Shown: positions 32,349-40,723 of the stretch, piece after piece | Layout: every line of letters starts with the position of its first letter | Position numbering within the stretch: position 1 is the stretch's first letter | Made by a program: the position numbers and the translations under genes | Notes under the pieces: model-generated | Databases searched by the model: none | What the model was told of the DNA's origin: nothing | The model's input: only the letters and a program-made list of their open reading frames with translations | IMG/VR virus record: IMGVR_UViG_3300045988_168437 | Length of the DNA stretch: 64,000 nt | Strand: one strand, 5' to 3' | Source of the DNA: a virus

Positions 32349-34348
32349 AAGATAAAGTAGATGAAAAATATTATTTGCCACAAGAAATGCACGATAGATT
32401 TCTTGCTTTTCCAAAGAACAGACTTAATAATGAAGACTTAGAAGTGATTGGAACTACTGCTCCCAATCCTTATGATAAAGAAGGAAATATAATTTATGAT
32501 AAATGTACTTCTGCATGGTGTTATAGTCCAGATAAATGTATTTCAACTTTATCTGCTAGAGATTATAAACAACCTAAACAGATAGTTGAATCAAATAATG
32601 ATAAATTCGTTTCTAAAAAATACAAAGAGTTTATTGATAAAAACGGATATATCCCAGAGATGTTTAATCCTTACAATTGCAAGGAAGTAAATGATATTTC
32701 TCCAACTCAAACAACTCAATGTGGAAGTACAACAAGTAGTGCTACTGTTTTAAAAACAGAAACAGATAGAGTTATTGTAGAAGGAAATGCATCTAAAAAT
32801 CCAAAATCACAGGCTAATCAAGTTGTTTCGGACAAAGGTATTTCAATGACTTTATGTTCAGGCACTCATGGGTATGCAATGGGATATGTAAAGGAATCAA
32901 AAGATTCTGCAAAAATAATAGAACATAAATTAATGCAAAATGTAAAAGTTAGAAAACATAAAGTAGACATTGAAAAATTAAAAGAAATTTTAAAAGTTCA
33001 GAAACAAAAATTAGGATTAACTATAAATGATATAAGTAATACCTTAAATGTCAATAAAACAACAGTAGAACATTGGTTTAGGAGCGATGATTGTTTTAGT
33101 ATTCCTGATGCAGAAATTTGGTTAGATTTAAAAAAATTACTTCAAATGGATACAGATGAATTCATGGATAAATCTATTATGGAATTTGAAATAAAACCAA
33201 ATGAGTATGATATGACAAATAGAGTTTATGATGAAAATGGTATTTCTCCAACTTTAACGTGTACTGGAGAAAGTGGAGCTAAAAAAGTCCTTCAATATAT
33301 AGAAGAATCAAAACCAATTAAACTTAATGAAAAAGAAAACTTCCAATTCAAGAAAAGTGGAGAGAATATAATAGGAGAATTAAGTGGAGAACTATGGGAC
33401 TCAAGACATGAACAAACAAGAAGAGTATATGATACAAATACGATATCTCCTACTATTCCAACCTCTCAAGGCGGAGGAGTTTGCCCCAAAATATTAGTGG
33501 AAAAACTAGGAAATATATATCCTAGTAATGGGCAAAATGGCAATATATATAGCTCAAATGGAATATCTCCAACAATTTCTGCTGGAACAGGAATAAAAGG
33601 AAATGGTATTGGAAGTAATAATGCTCCTAAAATATTAATAGATAAACTAAATTTTGTAGGTGGAATTGGAGAAAAAGATTGGGCAGGAGACGGCAAGAAA
33701 TTATCAAGAAATTACCCGCAAGGAAATAGAGTATATGACGAAAATGGAATAGCTTGCAGTCAAACCTCTAATGGCGGAGGATTAGGTGGCCCAACTGGAT
33801 TATATTTAACAGATAATAAAGATATAAATCCAATTCGACTAGGTGGAGTTTTTGACGATGAAAAATCAAGACATCAAGCAGGTAGTGTGCGGGATAAAGA
33901 ACAACTATCTCCAACTTTAGATACTGCACAAGGAGGTTATAGAGAGCCTTGTATAGTAGAAAAAGTCCAATTAAAAAATTCGGATATTGAGTTAACTCAA
34001 GAAGAATTACCTTGTTGCGTTGCTAGTCGAGGAAGAAATGTCGATAATCCATCTCGTAGAATCACAGGAGACGATTTGGAACAGAGATTAGAACCAAATA
34101 GAAATAACTGTACAAATACTCTTACAAGTGTATCTAAAGACAATTATGTTATGCAAAGAAATTTCAGAATCAGAAGACTTACTTGTCGAGAATGTTTTAG
34201 ATTAATGGGACTTAAAGATTATCAAATTGATTTAATTCAAAATGCAAAAATATCAGATACTCAACAATATAAAATGGCTGGAAATTCAATAATTGTAGAT
34301 GTTCTTGAATATATTTTTTCTAATTTATTCAAAGGGACTGATTTGTAA
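32342..34348 (+). CDS. DNA (cytosine-5) methyltransferase, C-terminal part (multiple TRD modules plus motifs IX-X)
   Basis: In the -1 frame relative to the N-terminal part (ATGTTAG overlap). At least 8 repeats of the TRD-like module (RVYDENGISPTLT, RVYDTNTISPTIPTSQGGG, NIYSSNGISPTISAG, ...). Ends FRIRRLTCRECFRLMG ... QYKMAGNSI (IX, X). Confidence 0.85.
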   Translation: MLEDKVDEKYYLPQEMHDRFLAFPKNRLNNEDLEVIGTTAPNPYDKEGNIIYDKCTSAWCYSPDKCISTLSARDYKQPKQIVESNNDKFVSKKYKEFIDKNGYIPEMFNPYNCKEVNDISPTQTTQCGSTTSSATVLKTETDRVIVEGNASKNPKSQANQVVSDKGISMTLCSGTHGYAMGYVKESKDSAKIIEHKLMQNVKVRKHKVDIEKLKEILKVQKQKLGLTINDISNTLNVNKTTVEHWFRSDDCFSIPDAEIWLDLKKLLQMDTDEFMDKSIMEFEIKPNEYDMTNRVYDENGISPTLTCTGESGAKKVLQYIEESKPIKLNEKENFQFKKSGENIIGELSGELWDSRHEQTRRVYDTNTISPTIPTSQGGGVCPKILVEKLGNIYPSNGQNGNIYSSNGISPTISAGTGIKGNGIGSNNAPKILIDKLNFVGGIGEKDWAGDGKKLSRNYPQGNRVYDENGIACSQTSNGGGLGGPTGLYLTDNKDINPIRLGGVFDDEKSRHQAGSVRDKEQLSPTLDTAQGGYREPCIVEKVQLKNSDIELTQEELPCCVASRGRNVDNPSRRITGDDLEQRLEPNRNNCTNTLTSVSKDNYVMQRNFRIRRLTCRECFRLMGLKDYQIDLIQNAKISDTQQYKMAGNSIIVDVLEYIFSNLFKGTDL

Positions 34349-34509
34349 TGTATAAAGTATTTTATAGTATTTTAATAATTATTTGGCTATTAGATGTTTC
34401 TAATTTCCTGCAAATGGAATTTTTAGATACAACATATCCAGTCAATGGAGTTCTTTGGTTTTTGATTTGGTGTATCTTACCAAGTCCAGATGAAAATAAA
34501 AAAGAATAA
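34348..34509 (+). CDS. small membrane protein (53 aa)
   Basis: ATG overlaps the MTase stop (TAATG); MYKVFYSILIIIWLLDVSNF...VLWFLIWCILPSPDENKKE*. Confidence 0.4.
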   Translation: MYKVFYSILIIIWLLDVSNFLQMEFLDTTYPVNGVLWFLIWCILPSPDENKKE

Positions 34510-34582
34510 AAAATACGACTCCCTAGAATCAATTCTAAGGGGTCTGCAATTTATTCATAATGTATTTATATGGAGGTTTGAA

Positions 34583-34657
34583 ATGGAAAGAATTATTACA
34601 GATTTCATTATGTTAATAATTTTAGTTATACTTGCGATATGTTTGCTAGGAGGATAG
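34583..34657 (+). CDS. 24-aa hydrophobic peptide
   Basis: SD GGAGG 34572-34576; MERIITDFIMLIILVILAICLLGG*. Confidence 0.4.
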   Translation: MERIITDFIMLIILVILAICLLGG

Positions 34658-34660
34658 ATT

Positions 34661-34978
34661 ATGGGTTGGGAACATTTAAAAGAAAGCATTGATAATCTTG
34701 GGAAAGACTCAAAAGAAAATGAAGTAAAAATAGCATTATGTCATTTTACTGGTGGGACAAAATTATATGCTTTCAAAACAATAGAACAGGAATTAAAGTT
34801 TGGAGATACAGTTATCGTAAATGTACTTGATGGATTTGAAATTGTTAAATTTATTGAATATACTGATTCAAGTCAAATGAGAAATATAGCATCTAAGTGG
34901 CTTATTGAAAAAATAGATATTCAAGGATTTTATAATAAAGTAAAAGAATTAGATAAATTAATAAACATAAGGAGATGA
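34661..34978 (+). CDS. hypothetical protein
   Basis: 105-aa ORF, SD aggagga. Confidence 0.6.
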   Translation: MGWEHLKESIDNLGKDSKENEVKIALCHFTGGTKLYAFKTIEQELKFGDTVIVNVLDGFEIVKFIEYTDSSQMRNIASKWLIEKIDIQGFYNKVKELDKLINIRR

Positions 34979-34988
34979 ATTATGAATT

Positions 34989-35201
34989 ATGAAATGTTTT
35001 AGAGGAATAAGTGGTTGTGTGGGATATTCAAATGGAGAATGTCATAGTATAGAGAATTGTAAGTATCAAGATTATTTTTATAATAGCACAACAAATGACA
35101 ACAGTTCAAAATCTACTAACGAATGCAGTAAGAAAGGATTTTGCCCATATAAATCAGGTGATTGGTGTACAGTGGTAAAAAATTGTGCTTATAAAGGTTG
35201 A
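34989..35201 (+). CDS. hypothetical Cys-rich protein
   Basis: 70-aa ORF with 8 Cys. Confidence 0.5.
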   Translation: MKCFRGISGCVGYSNGECHSIENCKYQDYFYNSTTNDNSSKSTNECSKKGFCPYKSGDWCTVVKNCAYKG

Positions 35202-35222
35202 GAATAATTGTGAGGGCAGACT

Positions 35223-35891
35223 ATGAAAATAGGAATAACTGGAGATGTTCATGGAGATAGGGATTTTAGACAAATATATAATGCCAAAAAACTTGGAATT
35301 ACCCATTTAATTATATGTGGAGATTTTGGACATATTTGGGATGGCTCATATAAAGAGCAAAAAAGACTTAATTACATGAACAAAATAGGAATAAAGATAT
35401 TATTTGTCGATGGAAACCATGAAAATTTTGACTTGTTATATAAATATCCTGTATCAGAAATGTATAGTGGGAAAGTTCAAGTCATAAGAGAAAATATTAT
35501 ACATCTTATGAGAGGAGAAATTTATACAATTAACAACAAGAAGTTCTTTGCTTTTGGTGGAGCAGCATCAACTGACAAAGAGTTTCGCACAGAAGGGAAA
35601 AGTTGGTGGGAACAAGAACTTCCTAGCATCGAAGAATATCAAAATGCAATACTTAATTTACAAAAACATAATTTTAATGTTGATTATATAGTAACACATA
35701 CAAGCTTTCCAAAAGCTTTGATTGAATTAGGTGGAGATTATAGAATTGACGATATGTCTAATTTTTTGAATTACGTGAAAACACAAACAAATTATAAATA
35801 TTGGTTCTTTGGACATATGCATACAAATACAGATATAAAAGGCTTAAATGCTATGTGTTTATATAAAAATATATATGTATTGGAGGAATAA
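35223..35891 (+). CDS. calcineurin-like metallophosphoesterase
   Basis: GDVHGD, CGDFG, DGNHENF, THT and GHMH motifs in canonical order. Confidence 0.8.
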   Translation: MKIGITGDVHGDRDFRQIYNAKKLGITHLIICGDFGHIWDGSYKEQKRLNYMNKIGIKILFVDGNHENFDLLYKYPVSEMYSGKVQVIRENIIHLMRGEIYTINNKKFFAFGGAASTDKEFRTEGKSWWEQELPSIEEYQNAILNLQKHNFNVDYIVTHTSFPKALIELGGDYRIDDMSNFLNYVKTQTNYKYWFFGHMHTNTDIKGLNAMCLYKNIYVLEE

Positions 35892-35895
35892 AAAA

Positions 35896-36696
35896 ATGGC
35901 AATATTAGGTGCAATTATGGGAGATATAGCTGGTTCTCCTTATGAGTTTCATAATATAAAATATCAATTAAAAAAAGAAGAGTTAATTACTAACAAATGT
36001 AAATTTACAGACGATACAGTTATGACGATTGCAGTTGCAGATGCTTTGCTTGATTGTAATATTAGAGGAATTGATTCAGATGAAACTATCAAATCAACTA
36101 TTTCAAGATATATGAAAAGTTATGGAAGAAAATATCCACATGTAGGATATGGAGGGAATTTTAGAACCTGGCTTAAATCAGATTCTCTCGAAGCATATAA
36201 TAGCTGGGGTAATGGTTCTGCTATGAGATGTTCTTATTGTGGTTGGATAGCGACAGATTTAAATGAGGCAAATAAATTTGGAAGACTATCAGCAGAGACA
36301 ACTCACAATCACCCAGAGGGGATTAAAGGAGCAGTAGTTATCTCTGAATGCATTTATCTTTTGAAAAATGGAGCTACTAAAGAAGAAATATTTAATCATG
36401 CATCAAAATATTATGATTTAAACTTTACTTTAGACCAAATTAGACCTTATTATATTTTTGATGTAAGTTGTCAAGGTTCAGTTCCTCAAGCAATAAAGGC
36501 ATTTTTAGAATCAAATGATTTTTATGATGCAATTTCTAAAGCTATATCAATAGGTGGAGATAGCGACACGATAGCTACTATTACTGGAAGTTTAGCAGAA
36601 GCTCACTATGGGATTCCTAATGACTTTAAAATAAAATTGCCATTGGATGATTTTTTATTTAAAAAAGTACTCAATTTAGAATTAGCAATTTCGTAA
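35896..36696 (+). CDS. ADP-ribosylglycohydrolase family protein
   Basis: ATG 35896 after SD tggagga; GAIMGDIAGSPYEF, FTDDTVMT, GNGSAMR and GGDSDTIATITGSLAEAHYG. Confidence 0.85.
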   Translation: MAILGAIMGDIAGSPYEFHNIKYQLKKEELITNKCKFTDDTVMTIAVADALLDCNIRGIDSDETIKSTISRYMKSYGRKYPHVGYGGNFRTWLKSDSLEAYNSWGNGSAMRCSYCGWIATDLNEANKFGRLSAETTHNHPEGIKGAVVISECIYLLKNGATKEEIFNHASKYYDLNFTLDQIRPYYIFDVSCQGSVPQAIKAFLESNDFYDAISKAISIGGDSDTIATITGSLAEAHYGIPNDFKIKLPLDDFLFKKVLNLELAIS

Positions 36697-36709
36697 AAGA
36701 GGGATTCAT

Positions 36710-37021
36710 ATGAATAGTATATTAGATTTAGGTTCAGTTTATGAAATAAGAAATATAAATTATGTAATAATAGAAGTTTATAAATTAGAGGACCATGATT
36801 GTGGTGGATGGGGTAATGGAGGCTGGATAACGTATTATTATAAAGCGATTCCATTAAGTATTATTAAAGCAGATACATATAATCTATTAGATTTAGATAA
36901 TAGGATTATTGAATTTAATTCTGATGATAAAGAAATAATGGAAAATATTAAAAAAGTAAGTGATATTAATTATGATGTTAAAAGTTGGACCATAAGTGGT
37001 TTTATTTTAAATAAAAAATAA
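36710..37021 (+). CDS. hypothetical protein
   Basis: 103-aa ORF. Confidence 0.55.
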   Translation: MNSILDLGSVYEIRNINYVIIEVYKLEDHDCGGWGNGGWITYYYKAIPLSIIKADTYNLLDLDNRIIEFNSDDKEIMENIKKVSDINYDVKSWTISGFILNKK

Positions 37022-37206
37022 TTGACAATTATTATCAATAAGACGACCTCATGAGAGCCATTTTAAAAATATGGTCGAGTGTTTATACCTTGAGATTCTT
37101 AGAATTGAAATTAGAAAAATTCAAAAGTTTAAACTTTCCGTTTACAATAAAAAATGTGTGAATAACACCATATTTTATATATTTTAATAAAAACATAATA
37201 AAATCC

Positions 37207-37236
37207 TTGCTAATAACCCCGTAATCTCTATATAAT
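37207..37236 (+). promoter_or_regulatory. sigma70-type promoter of the mini-integrase
   Basis: TTGCTA 37207-37212, 18 bp, TATAAT 37231-37236. Confidence 0.5.
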
Positions 37237-37265
37237 ATGGGTAATAGGGTAAAAGGAGATTTATT

Positions 37266-37856
37266 ATGGAAAGAAAAATTAAATCAAGAAAGATACCAGA
37301 GGTTCTTACTGATTATGAACAAAGACAATTAATTAATGTTTTTAATACAAGATATTTTTATCCGTACAGAAATCAAACTATGATTGAATTATTTTTATGT
37401 ACTGGATTAAGACTTTCAGAAATGACGCATTTAAAATGGAAAGATATAAATTTAATGACTGGGCAGCTTAAAGTTGTTCAAGGTAAGAATTCAAAAGATA
37501 GAATATTGTGGATTAGTGAAAATATGTTAAACAAACTTCAAATTTGGAAATCAAAAGAATTCGAAAGATTTGGAAAGTGTGAATTGGTTTTCTGTACTAG
37601 TAATCATAATCCAATAGATAGCAAGACTATGGATACTATGATAAAAACTTATTCAAAAAAAGCAGGAATAACTAAACATATTTCATGTCACACACTTAGA
37701 CATACTTTTGCTACAGACTTACTTAAAGCGACTAAAAATATACGATTAGTTCAAAAAGCATTGGGACATTCAGATATATCAACTACTATGATTTATACTC
37801 ATATTGTAGATGATGAATTGGAAGATGCTTTAAAAAACTTTAGAAGGGAGTTATAA
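37266..37856 (+). CDS. small tyrosine recombinase (196 aa, catalytic domain only)
   Basis: LCTGLRLSEMTHLKWKDI, HTLRHTFATDLL and LGHSDISTTMIYTH. Confidence 0.85.
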   Translation: MERKIKSRKIPEVLTDYEQRQLINVFNTRYFYPYRNQTMIELFLCTGLRLSEMTHLKWKDINLMTGQLKVVQGKNSKDRILWISENMLNKLQIWKSKEFERFGKCELVFCTSNHNPIDSKTMDTMIKTYSKKAGITKHISCHTLRHTFATDLLKATKNIRLVQKALGHSDISTTMIYTHIVDDELEDALKNFRREL

Positions 37857-37859
37857 ATT

Positions 37860-38219
37860 GTGATTGTAAAAGGTGATGAATATATTAAAAAAATGAGAAC
37901 ACAGATTCTTTTAAACAGTTCAGATGTAATGTCTCCTACTTTTTCTCATATTTCATATAGTGAGAAAATAAATAATGAAAAAGATATGACATTAATGAGA
38001 TATGTTGATTACGAAGAATTTACATTAAATGAAATGATTAGAATGTTCAAGAGTTTAATAAATCGCAATATTCATTTAGATACAGAAAAAATATTAAGTA
38101 AGAAAACTAGATATATAATTGGAGATTTAAGAATAGAAAATCCTAAAGTATCAAGTAGGTGTGGATTTATTGAGTTACCAATAAGAGTAATTGAGGAGGA
38201 ACAAATATGGCAGAAGTAG
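37860..38219 (+). CDS. hypothetical protein
   Basis: 119-aa ORF, GTG start, start uncertain. Confidence 0.5.
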   Translation: MIVKGDEYIKKMRTQILLNSSDVMSPTFSHISYSEKINNEKDMTLMRYVDYEEFTLNEMIRMFKSLINRNIHLDTEKILSKKTRYIIGDLRIENPKVSSRCGFIELPIRVIEEEQIWQK

Positions 38220-38614
38220 ATTATAAATTTCAACGTTGTGATAGAGATGAAAATGGCAATTTTAAATTAACAACTATTAAACCATTAGAAGATATCTTTA
38301 AAGATTTAGAAAATTACAATAAATATTTGGAAGATGTAATTGTTGATTTACGAAAAGAAGTAAAAAAATTAAAAAACTTTAATAAAGACGAAGAAATTGA
38401 AAAGCTTAAAAAAGAAATAGAAAATTTGGAAGAACAATCAGTTTATATCTTAACTAAATCTCAAAAAGAAAAAATGGAAAAATTCAGACACGAACACTAT
38501 AAAATGACAGGTCATAGTTATCATCAAGTTGTATTAAGACCCAACGAGATATTTACAAAGGTTGTAATACAATGTGATAAATGTGATGAAGAATTAGATT
38601 TGACTATATATTAA
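38207..38614 (+). CDS. hypothetical coiled-coil protein
   Basis: 135-aa ORF, SD gaggagga. Confidence 0.6.
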   Translation: MAEVDYKFQRCDRDENGNFKLTTIKPLEDIFKDLENYNKYLEDVIVDLRKEVKKLKNFNKDEEIEKLKKEIENLEEQSVYILTKSQKEKMEKFRHEHYKMTGHSYHQVVLRPNEIFTKVVIQCDKCDEELDLTIY

Positions 38615-38628
38615 GTGGAGAAAATATA

Positions 38629-38697
38629 ATGTATTTATTGTGTTTTTTGTTTGGAATAGTAATTGGAATGGCTATTTTAAGTATTTTAGAAAAATAG
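38629..38697 (+). CDS. 22-aa hydrophobic peptide
   Basis: SD gtggag; MYLLCFLFGIVIGMAILSILEK*. Confidence 0.35.
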   Translation: MYLLCFLFGIVIGMAILSILEK

Positions 38698-38713
38698 AAA
38701 TTGAGGTGAAAAT

Positions 38714-39064
38714 ATGAATAGAACACAATTAAATGACAGATTTGATAAATATTGTGAACAAAAAGATTGTGAGAGAATCTGTACATTAGAAAACTATAGA
38801 GATTGTTTTATTGGTTATTTATTAGATAATTATGATTTAAAATTAAAAGAAGAACCAAAAATTGACTGGACAAAAGTTCCAGTCGATGCTAAAATATTGG
38901 TAAGAGAATTTCATAACGATAGATGGCTTAAAAGACGATTTGCAAAATTCGAAAATGGAAAAGTATATGCTTTTCAACTTGGAATGGATTCTTGGACAAC
39001 AGGAATTAAATCTCCGATAAGTTGGAATTTTGCAAAATTAGTTGACAAACTTGAACAAAAATAA
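38714..39064 (+). CDS. hypothetical protein (shares C-terminal domain with 28588-29247)
   Basis: 116-aa ORF, SD gaggtga. Confidence 0.6.
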   Translation: MNRTQLNDRFDKYCEQKDCERICTLENYRDCFIGYLLDNYDLKLKEEPKIDWTKVPVDAKILVREFHNDRWLKRRFAKFENGKVYAFQLGMDSWTTGIKSPISWNFAKLVDKLEQK

Positions 39065-39095
39065 TGTTTTTAAATAATAAAACGGAGGAAATGAA

Positions 39096-39890
39096 ATGGG
39101 ATTATTTAACAAATTGTTTGGAAAACAAGAAAACAAAGAAGAATCTTTGAAAGTGGGAACACAAAATATAACGCCACAAGGTATTACAGATGTTGAATTT
39201 AAAATGCCAGATAGCACTGAACAAATGAGAAAAATCAATCTTAGAAAAGAAACTTTAAATAAGGTATGCTTAACTAAAGAGCCTTTGAATAACTTAACAG
39301 CAAGAGTTGTTGTAGCACTTGACTATTCTGGCTCAATGAGAAGTTTATACAAAAATGGAGCAGTACAAGATGTTTTGAATAGATTATTACCTTTAGGATT
39401 AAAATTTGATGATAACGGAGAAGTTGAGCTACATTTATTTTCAAATAAATCTTGGCAAATTCCTTCATTAAATATAAACAATTTTTACAATTATATAAAT
39501 AAGAATAAAATTTTAAAAAAATACGAAATGGGCGGAACTAATTATGCTCCTGTCATGGAATCAATAATTAAAGAACATTCGTCACATAAAGACAAAGTAC
39601 CAACTTTTGTTATTTTTATTACAGATGGAGATGCATGGGATAAGCCTAAATCAGAAAAAGTTATTAAAGATGCATCAAAATTAGGAATCTTTTGGCAGTT
39701 TGTTGGAATTGGATATGAAGATTTTGATTTCTTAGAAAAACTAGATGACATGACTGGAAGAGTTGTTGATAATGCAGATTTTTTAAATGTAAATAAAATA
39801 GCAAACCTATCTGATGAAGAACTATATGCTAAATTATTAGGAGAATTTCCAAACTGGATTCAAGCTGCTAAAAATAAAAACATAATTTAA
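39096..39890 (+). CDS. vWA-domain protein (TerF C-terminal-like / TerY-like)
   Basis: MIDAS-like VVALDYSGSM, GGTNYAPV and VIFITDGD; WQFVGIG. Confidence 0.7.
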   Translation: MGLFNKLFGKQENKEESLKVGTQNITPQGITDVEFKMPDSTEQMRKINLRKETLNKVCLTKEPLNNLTARVVVALDYSGSMRSLYKNGAVQDVLNRLLPLGLKFDDNGEVELHLFSNKSWQIPSLNINNFYNYINKNKILKKYEMGGTNYAPVMESIIKEHSSHKDKVPTFVIFITDGDAWDKPKSEKVIKDASKLGIFWQFVGIGYEDFDFLEKLDDMTGRVVDNADFLNVNKIANLSDEELYAKLLGEFPNWIQAAKNKNII

Positions 39891-39944
39891 CAGACGGTGA
39901 GAGAGTAATTTACTCTCTCATTTTACTAGAAAGGAATAATTTTT

Positions 39945-40712
39945 ATGAGCAAAAAAATAGATAGGACAGGAGAAGAAAGACATAATAATTTTGGAAGCAA
40001 AATGATTATAAAGGAATACAGAAACAATATGGATATAGATGTATATTTCCCAGAATATAATTACACAAAATATAATGTTAAATATAAACCATTCCAAACA
40101 GGGCAAATTCGCTGCCCTTATGAAAAGAGAGCATACGGAAAAGGATATTTAGGGGAAGGAAAATATCCAACAAAGATAAACAAAAAAAGAACAAAACCAT
40201 ATCTCAAATGGACTCAAATGTTATTAAGATGTTACGATGAAAATTATAAGAAAAAACAAAAAACATACGAAAACTGTAAAGTTTGTGACGAATGGTTAAA
40301 TTTCCAAAATTTTGCAGAATGGTATGAAGAAAATTATTATGAGATAAAAGGACAAAATATGCAATTAGATAAGGATATATTAATTAAAGGGAATAAAATA
40401 TATAGTCCTAAAACATGTGTATTCGTTCCCCAAGATATAAATCTTCTTTTTGTTAAGAGAGAAACATGTAGAGGAGATTTACCGATTGGAGTACATTGCG
40501 ATAAAACTAAAAAGAAAGTATTTATATCTAGCATTGGAATAAACAATAACACTATTTCTTTAGGAAGATATAAAACTCCAGAAGAAGCATTTGTGGCATA
40601 TAAAGAATATAAAGAAAAAATAATTAAGGAATTTGCCAATAAATATAAAACTCAAATACCACAAAAACTTTATGATGCTATGTATCAATACGAAGTAGAA
40701 ATAACAGATTAA
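39945..40712 (+). CDS. free-standing homing-endonuclease-like DNA-binding protein (AP2-like C-terminus)
   Basis: W..MLLRCYDENY...CDEWLNFQNFAEWYEENYY...LDKDIL.KGNKIYSPKTCVFV...LPIGVH...ISLGRYKTPEEAFVAYKEYKE; typical phage endonuclease architecture; catalytic class not assigned. Confidence 0.5.
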   Translation: MSKKIDRTGEERHNNFGSKMIIKEYRNNMDIDVYFPEYNYTKYNVKYKPFQTGQIRCPYEKRAYGKGYLGEGKYPTKINKKRTKPYLKWTQMLLRCYDENYKKKQKTYENCKVCDEWLNFQNFAEWYEENYYEIKGQNMQLDKDILIKGNKIYSPKTCVFVPQDINLLFVKRETCRGDLPIGVHCDKTKKKVFISSIGINNNTISLGRYKTPEEAFVAYKEYKEKIIKEFANKYKTQIPQKLYDAMYQYEVEITD

Positions 40713-40723
40713 GGAGCGATTTT

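Noticed and set aside
39811-39817. Additional CUGAUGA hammerhead-core matches (6846-6852, 36921-36927, 39811-39817)
   Set aside because: All lie inside well-supported coding regions. None has a partner GAAA / GUC arrangement or flanking helices, so they are chance heptamer matches.
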